Assembly (NCBI GenBank): GCA_963826715.1
Contig: CAWGYA010000008.1
Span: forward strand, 576,001 to 640,000
Direction of reading: 5' to 3'
DNA length: 64,000 bases
Source: Candidatus Bathyarchaeota archaeon
GTDB lineage: Archaea > Thermoproteota > Bathyarchaeia > Bathyarchaeales > Bathycorpusculaceae
The notes beneath the pieces are model-generated. The model had not been told where the DNA came from. It did not search any database and saw only the letters and a program-made list of their open reading frames with translations. Made by a program: the position numbers and the translations under genes. Shown here piece by piece: positions 19,687-27,899 of the stretch (position 1 is the first letter of the stretch; each line of letters opens with the position of its first letter).

Positions 19687-22287
19687 CTACAATTCTTTCT
19701 GATCATAACCTAAAATCACTAAGTCTGAGAACTCGGTGGGCTCTAACTTATCGAACTCTTTTTGGGGAATTTTTAGGTACTGCCAGTTATCATTGGTTAA
19801 ATTAGTTGCGTATTCACACCATAACTTCGCTGCCCTGTCCTTATGCTGTACGTCTTGGTCTTCGCGGCCCTTTGTTTCTATAAGGTAGTGATCGCCGTTT
19901 TCTAAAATTGTGATAAAATCGGGTTCATAATACCGAAGGTTTGCTGCCGAATCCGTGTACTCTATTGCAAAGCCGAACCTGCTGGGTAATTTAGCGAATT
20001 TGGTAGTTTCCTTGGACGATTGGAGGAACTTGGCAAATTGCAGTTCAAACGCGTTGTCACAGGGCACACGGTTCAAGACGCATTTGGATGCTCTTAGCGT
20101 CTGCCTTGAAAACGCAAAAGGCGCCATCTCTGACAGCTTTCTAGGCGGACCAACAAGTTCAGGTATCTTTTCTTCAATTATTACAGTCTGCAACGCCTTT
20201 ACAAAAGTCTGAACAGTTACGTATTGGCAAATGTTGCTGCTGATTGCTCTAATTATCGAGGGGTCATCTAGGTTTACTTTCCCTCCAAAAGCTTGCTCTT
20301 CTAGGAACTGCTTGATTTTTGGGACAAGATAAGCGAATTGGGAAGGCAATTTGAGTCTATTGGAGATTTCCTTTGCATAATAAGATATTACTTCTTGGGC
20401 GGTTTGCGCCTGAGGTATCTCATATTGACGCTCTATGAGTTTCTGAAGAGATAGAAAATCGTATCCTTCATACCGGAAAGTTTCTGTTTCTTCTTTGATT
20501 TCTTTTTTGGGGATTTTTGGCGCTTTAAAGGCTTTAACGTCTAGGGCTTGGATATGTTCCGAGAGCGATTTTTTGCGAACAAGAATTGGAGTAAGTAGGG
20601 GGACTTCTATGTCCATGTCAATTTTTTCGGGGTCAACCATTATTGTGACAATCTCCAGTTTTTCTTTTCCCAACTCAAAAGTTCCAAACTTGAGCCCTTC
20701 TATATTTTCCAAGGCTTCAACGAAACTGATGAAAGACTTGTTGCCGATAACGTCCAGCCTTTCGATATATTCCCCAGGCAGATCACGGAACATTAAACGT
20801 AGCCCTCGCCCTACGGTTTGTTCTGGGAGAATTTTAGCTTTTGAAGAGTAGGGTCTAAGACCGACTACTACGGTAACATTCTGTACATCCCAACCTTCCC
20901 GAAGCATAAGAACACTTACAATCGCGTTTACCGGGCTGGTTTCATAGTCAACTTCTCGGGAAGCCTGCCTTGCTACTTCCAGATCCTTTTTTGATACCTC
21001 GCCTTTTTTATCGGTGTGAATAATTAAGAGCTTGTTTTCTCCAAAGTATTCGGGGTAACGTTTTTGGAGGTAATCCCCGACATCATCTGCGTCGGAAGTG
21101 TTATTCATCATAACAAAAAGAATTGGTTTCTTCTTCAGGGGTTTTAGCTGCTCCCGGTATTCCGCCCATCTTTCGACACCCGCCGTTAAATAAGCTCGGT
21201 ATTTTGTACTGGCAATATTGGAACGCGCTTCAGTTATGCCAGAAGCTATACCTTTCAATGGGCGCTTAACTATTCCATCTTCTATTGCCCGCTTAAGAGG
21301 ATAATCGTACACTGTCCATGAAAATATTTCGCCACTGCTAAATCGTGGTGTCGCTGTAAAATCAAGTTGACCTTCAACTCCACCGGTTACCTTACTGTTC
21401 AAGCTTCTGATAATGTCATTCCATTTGAGGTCTTCATCATGTGTGTGATGGGCTTCATCGTTTAAAACTAAAATGGGGGCGCCTCTTTTTATTAAACGGG
21501 ACGTAAATCCTTCGACTGATTCTGCATCGGGTTTGGGTTTAGAACCAAGGACATCCGTCATCTCTTTTGGTTCATCGTTTTCTTGTTCCCGTTCATAGAA
21601 TTGTTGAATGTTTGTTAAATAAAATGCCCCCTCAGACTGGGCTCTTTCTCCTTCACCGCGTACGTAACATTCAAAATCCCAGCTATTTAGGAACTGGGGT
21701 GGTATAACGGGGTCGGCACGAAAAATTCGACCACCAGCAAAGTCTGACCGTAGCCGCTCAAAAACTATAACGTTTGGTGCAATAAGCAGAAAAGTCTTTG
21801 AATACCCCAACGCCCCTTCCAGTATTGCGTTGAAGTATTGCCATGCAATAGCTAGAGACATTACTTTTGTCTTACCGCTTCCAGTTGCCATTTTAAAACA
21901 GTATCTTAAGAAATCATCATATTGCAACAAGTTTAGGTTTTTTGGTTTCAACGCGAATCTTTGAAGCAATTCCTTATGACTTTTTATTTTGGCAACTTCG
22001 AACAAGTAGACAAGTGTTTCCATTGCTTCACGTTGAGCTGTATGGTAAGCAAAAGGTTTACCGTTTGGCAGCCTGTGGTCAGAGTGAAACCAGTAATTTA
22101 GAAGGGTTTTTGTAGTTTCAGTGCACCCCTCGGGTCTATTATAGTTGCTTTCAACCCATTCCTTGATTGCTTGCCTTATTGCAGGAACACATGGACCAGT
22201 TTCAACACTATGAGCAACAATTTTCAATGAACCATTTGTGGAGGCAAGGCTGTACTGCTTGCGATCCAGCTTTTTTAATTTCTTCAT
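19687..22287 (-). CDS. Type III restriction enzyme Res subunit (SF2 helicase + PD-(D/E)XK nuclease)
   Basis: MATGSGKT, DEAHH, TATP, LREGWDV, QTVGRGLR, YEPDF...IETKG; intact 866 aa ORF. Confidence 0.93.
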   Translation of the reverse strand: MKKLKKLDRKQYSLASTNGSLKIVAHSVETGPCVPAIRQAIKEWVESNYNRPEGCTETTKTLLNYWFHSDHRLPNGKPFAYHTAQREAMETLVYLFEVAKIKSHKELLQRFALKPKNLNLLQYDDFLRYCFKMATGSGKTKVMSLAIAWQYFNAILEGALGYSKTFLLIAPNVIVFERLRSDFAGGRIFRADPVIPPQFLNSWDFECYVRGEGERAQSEGAFYLTNIQQFYEREQENDEPKEMTDVLGSKPKPDAESVEGFTSRLIKRGAPILVLNDEAHHTHDEDLKWNDIIRSLNSKVTGGVEGQLDFTATPRFSSGEIFSWTVYDYPLKRAIEDGIVKRPLKGIASGITEARSNIASTKYRAYLTAGVERWAEYREQLKPLKKKPILFVMMNNTSDADDVGDYLQKRYPEYFGENKLLIIHTDKKGEVSKKDLEVARQASREVDYETSPVNAIVSVLMLREGWDVQNVTVVVGLRPYSSKAKILPEQTVGRGLRLMFRDLPGEYIERLDVIGNKSFISFVEALENIEGLKFGTFELGKEKLEIVTIMVDPEKIDMDIEVPLLTPILVRKKSLSEHIQALDVKAFKAPKIPKKEIKEETETFRYEGYDFLSLQKLIERQYEIPQAQTAQEVISYYAKEISNRLKLPSQFAYLVPKIKQFLEEQAFGGKVNLDDPSIIRAISSNICQYVTVQTFVKALQTVIIEEKIPELVGPPRKLSEMAPFAFSRQTLRASKCVLNRVPCDNAFELQFAKFLQSSKETTKFAKLPSRFGFAIEYTDSAANLRYYEPDFITILENGDHYLIETKGREDQDVQHKDRAAKLWCEYATNLTNDNWQYLKIPQKEFDKLEPTEFSDLVILGYDQKEL

Positions 22288-24237
22288 CGAACGGTCACCA
22301 TTAGCAGTTTTGTTGTATCATTTCCCAGAAGGTCCACTACCTTGACAACAACACGGTATTCTCCAGGTTCAGTGTAAGTCTTGGACGCTTCAGTTGTTAA
22401 CCTGGGGTTTTCTCTTGTACGGTATTCTTGCCATTCATTATGGAAAGTATCATCTTTATTGTCCCAATCAATAGCCCAGTAATCAACCCACTGAGACCAA
22501 TGCTTAATCTCCTTTTGAACTTCGGCAGGGACATCATCAGCAGGAATTACAAAGTCATTGATTTTAACTGAAACTTTTTTACCTGTGGTCTTGAGGGCGA
22601 CATCTAAAGATGCAAGCTCAAAGAACTTAACATCACCTTGCTCAACGGCTTTCTTGTCGAGCATCTCTCGTGGAATACGTAGGAAATGAATATCAACATT
22701 AGCTTGAGCTGCTTGTTGTCTTGCAAGCTCATTTAGTTCAAATGCAAAATCCCAACCTAAAATGTCAATACCGTTTGTTTTGGGTGCTTCGTTGCCCGCG
22801 CCTATTGAACGCTTAAACTCAGCAACTATTTGCTCTACGTCCAAAGGTGAGATTGGCGAATAGACAGAACCAACATGAACTGAGTATAAATTTTTTGAAG
22901 TGAAGATATAAGTAAAAGTTTAGTGGTTAGGTGGAATATAATTAAAGAATGAAACTAATGTAAGAGGTAATTATAGTCTTGGCTTCATCTAAGAACTCAG
23001 CGGCTTGCGAAGACTGAGATAGTACTTATACAGGTTCTGTATAATGAACGGTCTTACGTTGTTTACATCTGAAATAGCTTTCTAGTAGTATGGATAGCAA
23101 ACGGAATAAGGTCAAGAGTAATATATAGTATTTCTAATGTCTGAGCAACGCAGCAGTAGTAACACTGACACAAAAACAATCTAAAATAAGGTAGCTTTCA
23201 TTAGACGAAGTATTGATTATGCTTATAGTAAAGTTTCAGGTTTCTGGGTAGAATAACGCAGTCTTTATTTAGCTTGAGAGTTTATTGAGTAAATATCATA
23301 TCATATCTAGTGAACTATAGCAAGGCTCTTAGCTTAAAGAAAGTAGAGGTATAGTTTAAGCTGAGGCAATTAGATTAAGAGTAAATGAATATTTGCTCTT
23401 CTAATTTTAACATTTTTTCTTTTGTAAATAGATAGGCTCTTGTTAATACATGAAATTCATATACAGGGATAAGATTAGATGGCGGATTAAAGTTATCTAA
23501 TCTGAATAGGAGCGAGTTTTAGTTAACATGGTTAAAATGTGACTTTTTGTAGCTCTCTTTATATGGTACTTTTGGAGCATTGAATGTGTAATTTTTACTT
23601 TTTGAATAAAAAAATATTCTGTTTGTGACTTTGTTGAATCTTTTAGCATCTGTATGGAAGTTGAAACGTTTTTAAATAATTTCGTTTAGAAAATTTTCAC
23701 GGTTAAAAATCTCGTTTATAACTACTTTTATTTCTGGTCTTATATGGGAATCTAAGTGAACGTATATGTTTTTATTTTCATGTAACAACTAGTGCAACAA
23801 AACAGCGGTTTCATAGAACTATTGAAGATATGAATAGAGATTTTGCGTTTATATATCTCTATACGCTTTTTGTTCAATAATACTTGGTTCTTTGTCGAAT
23901 GTTGTGGTTTCTTCTTTATCTCTTCCTTCATAATCAGGAATGCTTGCGACTAACGAAAAATCTCAAGAGTTGCAAAAGGTGGGTCAATATAAATTAGGTT
24001 AACTTTCTCTACAAATTCTGGTAACGGATTAGGCAGAACATATTTTTTGTCTCTTTATATTAGTCGGTTTCTCTATTCTGTATTTCCTAGTTTGGTTAGG
24101 AATATTTATATGGATTTTTGGCGTTGTTGGGTTGATTCGTTTAGTGTTTCTATTGTTTGTAAGAGGATCGCTATTTATAGGGTTTTTTTTTTGTTTCCGT
24201 TTTTGTCGTATTTTTTGTCTCAGTCTAACTTAACTAA
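22284..24237 (-). pseudogene. Type III Mod adenine methyltransferase; 5' part destroyed, 3' 186 codons intact
   Basis: Manual translation shows NRLI*RDKKYVLP, VNLIYIDPPFAT (DPPF at 23974-23985), TQKPE, LILDCFCVSVTT (motif I, 23161-23181), FAIHTTRK, VHVGSV, then the intact ORF 22284-22844 overlapping the res start. Confidence 0.92.
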
Positions 24238-24363
24238 GGATACACCGCTAAGTTAATCAGCACTTGATTTATTTAAAACTATTAATTAATGGCTCATTTT
24301 TTTCTAGCCTTAAATTATCGAGCACTATGTAATCCTGTGCCAGCTTGTTAATGAGAGTTGAAA

Positions 24364-24840
24364 TCAATTTTGAAGTGTAGCTGGGACATACTGCATGGAA
24401 ACGGTTATTCGCTTTCGGCTAAGACTTCCTCTTATTTCATTGTTTATCCTTGAGTTATCTCTTCCCTTGCTTGCGTGTCCAAATCGGGTTATTTTCCAGT
24501 TTTCCATGTTTCCCCGTAATGATCTGAGGGTTACTTGTTAGGATGAAGAAAGGCATTTTTGTTTGGGAAGAGTAAAGTTCAGCGATAAAGTTTAGGAGTC
24601 GTTTTCCAACGCCGATTCCTTGATAATCTGGCAGCACAACTAAGCGGCTGACACGATAATATTTTGCTTTCATTCTTACGCATGCAACAGCTATGAACGC
24701 AATGGGCTTGTCTTGATAGACTGCGGTGTAGCATCGGACTCCTGCACCAAGACTACCGTTTAGATAGTGATATTGCCGAAACATCTGCCAAAGGGAATTG
24801 CCGCACCGATAGATTTGGAGTTCAACGGGCGGCCGACTTC
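24364..24840 (-). pseudogene. GNAT acetyltransferase domain (virus-type, Mom-like), frameshifted near 24517
   Basis: WQMFRQYHYL, RVSRLVVLPDYQGIGVG acetyl-CoA motif; removing 1 nt near 24517 restores reading to RITVSMQY...stop at 24364. Confidence 0.8.
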
Positions 24841-25441
24841 TTTTTTTCGGCTAAACTCCATCGTGTCAGTGCAGAATACCCAATCGGGATCAAGCCAATC
24901 AACAACATCATAATGGCAGGTTACGGCAATGAACTTCTTTTTAGATCGTCGAACAGCTTTGCTAATGGCAAAAGCGCTCACTTTGGCTATTTCCCTATCG
25001 ACAACACTTGTGAACTCATCAAAAACTATCAGAGGCTTATCTAAGCAGAGTGCTCGGGCAATGTCAACACGCATCTTTTCACCTTGACTAAGGCAATCAT
25101 AACTTTTAAGCCAATCGGGTGGAGAAGCAAACCCTACGCTGCAAAGAGTTTTAGTGATTTCTCCTGTTTCAAGCTCTTCGGGAAAATCATCAAGAACGCA
25201 CTTGATGCGAATACTCAAAGCCTCTGATGTAGGCGTCAGGGAAAAGCTGTTTAGCTATGCTTGTTTTGCCTGAACCACTGCGACCAACAATAACACCAAC
25301 TTGCCAATCATTATCTTCTATGGGTAAGGAGCCTTTGAAATGCTTCTCCAACTTGACTTCAGATAGCGTATAGCTGCCAACAACGCTTTGAGACCTGAAA
25401 CTGTCTGCTTGATCCCACTTTCTTACAATGTCAAAATCCGT
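24760..25441 (-). pseudogene. Virus-type ABC ATPase, frameshifted near 25204
   Basis: VGVIVGRSGSGKT (Walker A) in one frame; LSQGEKMR, FDEFTSVVDR and AVTCHYD in the next; no ATG/GTG/TTG at the expected start. Confidence 0.85.
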
Positions 25442-25993
25442 AGCTTATACCCCTCCGATTTTAGCTTCTCAAAAATGCTTTTCTGATTAGCTTCATCTTT
25501 GCATTCAATGATTATCTCGTAGGTCTCAGGAATAGAGAGCGAAAACTCGCGTTCATCTAAATCCTCGGGCAGCTTCTCACCGATTGATTCAAGAAGCGCC
25601 TTTAAATCCTCTTTTTCGCCCGGCTGTATTATGCGAATGTACTCAGCGCTATCAAGCTCACTTGTTGTGTTTGCCCTTGAGCTTGTTTAGGATTTGCCTA
25701 AGCATCCTTCTATCAACATCAGTGACAGATAAACGAAGAACGGGAGCATAGAACTCGCTGTGTTGCTTGCAAATTTCACTGCGCTGCTCGCCATCAACAA
25801 AAACGCCGTCTTTATTGGTTATTATCGGATATGCCCAACCGTATTTTTGGAGACTTCTCCAGATTTGCTCTTGCTGCTTGAGGGTTGTGCGGTTAGGGTT
25901 GTTTTGATCTACTGTTAAAAGACGAATGTCTTCTAAGAGGGGCATGTAGGCTTCTGGGACTTTAAGGGTTATTTTCTTTTCCAAGTAAATCAC
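25423..25993 (-). pseudogene. ParB/sulfiredoxin-like N-terminal domain protein, frameshifted near 25660
   Basis: NPN...SLQKYGWAYPII...VDGEQR ParB-like motif; removing 1 nt near 25660 extends reading to YEIIIECKDE...EGYKLRILTL-stop. Confidence 0.8.
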
Positions 25994-26019
25994 TCAGTTT
26001 TTGTTTTTCATTAACGTAG

Positions 26020-26445
26020 TTAGGATAATAGCTCATCAATTAACACCTCGCTTTTGGCAAGCTCATTGGTCAACTCTGAGTGCCGCTTGTATGTATCCTG
26101 TTTCTGCTTCAAGGTTTCTAAACCAAGCAGAGCTAAGAAGCGATCAGTGATGTCTACCATGCGAGAGAGATAAAGGGGTTTTTGGGTTTCGCTTGCAGTT
26201 TGAAAGTGAAGGCTCGCCTGCCGATAGAAAAAATCATAACGGTTAACAACCATAAGACGCGCATGGTCAAAGTCAAAGAGCTGAGTTAAGACGGGTTGCC
26301 AAGTATTGCGGTTTTCTGCATCATAATAGATATTTCACTCTGAAGTTTGATATTTTTCGCTAAGAAACTTCACAATCTCACAGAGGGAAAAGCCTTTAGC
26401 TTCGAGCTTTAAGAATTCGAGGCGTCTTTCAAGCACATCATTCAC
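26020..26445 (-). pseudogene. HTH protein (possibly small-terminase-like) with internal TGA
   Basis: GTG 26445 overlaps the upstream stop; ERRLEFLKLEAKGFSLCEIVKFLSEKYQTSE*NIYYD continues in frame into ORF 26020-26253. Confidence 0.7.
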
Positions 26446-27164
26446 GCTAAATCCTCCAAAATTGAAACCCCGACTTCAAAATCGCTGTACTCAGTGGTAC
26501 GCCGCAGGATATCACCTTCAAGCTTGACTGATCTTCGTTGCTGGTCAGAGAGAAAATAATAGGGGTCCTCAAAAACCGCAACATGATACTTGCGACAAAT
26601 CTTGAAGTAGGCCTCCACTATCTCAAAAATGTCAGCATCATGCAGAACCGATTGGAAGGACCTTTTGCCGGGGGCTTTGTTCCAGTTGTAGGTTAGATGC
26701 CAATAGAAGCGGAGGCAGACTTTCTCATAATCGCTGGCTTGAGCCTGCAAAACAGCAATCTTTCCGTAGATTACCTCTAATTTTATCATTAGCTGAAAAA
26801 ACAGCTTCTTTTTTGGGTCATCTTTAGCTAAAGCCATATTGATTTGTACTGAATCTTCGGGCATTTCAGTCCATACCCGCCCCAACTGCTCTGCTTCCTG
26901 TCGTGTCTGGGGATAGTTCTCCAGGAGGTACTTGCGGGTTTTAGCGTAGCTTATCAGTATCTGTGTTTCAGCACCCGACATTAAAGAGGTATCACTGCCA
27001 CATGCATCCAAGGTTTCCGGAAAAAGCTGCTGCAAGGTAACGTTTTCTGGAACGATGCCCTGTTGTTTGAGTTTTTCCAGCACTTCAGGGGAATAGATTG
27101 TTGGTTCTGCTTTTTCCCTATCTGGGTTGTATTGTCTCACTTTTTCTTTGAAGTCTTCAAACAT
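26442..27164 (-). CDS. Hypothetical protein of the element
   Basis: 240 aa ORF heading the HTH-ParB-ABC-GNAT gene run. Confidence 0.7.
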   Translation of the reverse strand: MFEDFKEKVRQYNPDREKAEPTIYSPEVLEKLKQQGIVPENVTLQQLFPETLDACGSDTSLMSGAETQILISYAKTRKYLLENYPQTRQEAEQLGRVWTEMPEDSVQINMALAKDDPKKKLFFQLMIKLEVIYGKIAVLQAQASDYEKVCLRFYWHLTYNWNKAPGKRSFQSVLHDADIFEIVEAYFKICRKYHVAVFEDPYYFLSDQQRRSVKLEGDILRRTTEYSDFEVGVSILEDLA

Positions 27165-27344
27165 GCCTTAGCTCGAATCCATCTGCAGACTCCCACACCC
27201 TGGAGAAAAGACAACAAAGCGAGTTAGCTCTTAAGACACCACAAAACAAGACAACGATTCTTTAATTATATCGGCAACAAATAAAACTTACGCCAAGTTA
27301 ATTCCTTTACCGCAAGTAATAATACGCTTACTTTATTCTATAGA

Positions 27345-27884
27345 GTGCTTATGAAATCATTGGGTGCCTACTTTAAGTCGGAAACATTCGATATTATGGC
27401 TCTTTTTTTTACAATCGTTACCCTTCTTTCTTTTTCAGTTGTCAGTCTTTATGCATTGTGGGCAGGTCCAATAGACATAATATTGCCATTAAAGATCACC
27501 TTGATTGCCTTTCTCATAATTTTGTATGTGAAACTTATTTTTTCTTTAATAACATCTGTCCGAAGCCGCGATTTAATGGAAATTCTACTCTCAGTTGTTT
27601 TTTTTATTTTACCGCCTTTTATTTTATTTTCTTTAAGCTCTTTTGTTCTTCAGTTTGTATATGAAAATGTAATAATCATAAACCTTGAAAATGTTTTGAT
27701 TGAAAATAAATTGATTTTGACAGCAGGATTAATTCTGATTTTCGGTTCTCTACTAAAAAATATTCTATATTTCCAATCACTAATCAAAGAAAAGTTGTTT
27801 GTAGTAGAAGAATGGAAAACAGATTGGGCCTTATTTGTGGATAAGGTAAAAACCCGATTAAATTACAAACAGAAAGAACCTTGA
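27345..27884 (+). CDS. AT-rich four-TM membrane protein
   Basis: Four hydrophobic segments; low GC. Confidence 0.6.
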   Translation: MLMKSLGAYFKSETFDIMALFFTIVTLLSFSVVSLYALWAGPIDIILPLKITLIAFLIILYVKLIFSLITSVRSRDLMEILLSVVFFILPPFILFSLSSFVLQFVYENVIIINLENVLIENKLILTAGLILIFGSLLKNILYFQSLIKEKLFVVEEWKTDWALFVDKVKTRLNYKQKEP

Positions 27885-27899
27885 GGGCAAGCCTTTCTC

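Noticed and set aside
22860-24237. Diversity-generating retroelement as the cause of the mutations
   Set aside because: No reverse transcriptase or template/variable repeat pair is visible, and DGRs mutate A whereas here coding-strand G is lost
22860-24237. Stop-codon recoding (pyrrolysine, selenocysteine or alternative code) in mod
   Set aside because: All three stop codons occur, together with frameshifts and Gly-destroying missense changes; neighbouring genes use the standard code
24047-24256. 69-aa plus-strand ORF
   Set aside because: Antisense to the mod pseudogene; a by-product of the T-rich mutated sequence
26335-26337. In-frame TGA as selenocysteine
   Set aside because: It lies in an HTH recognition helix where Arg (CGA) fits, and adjacent genes are also broken
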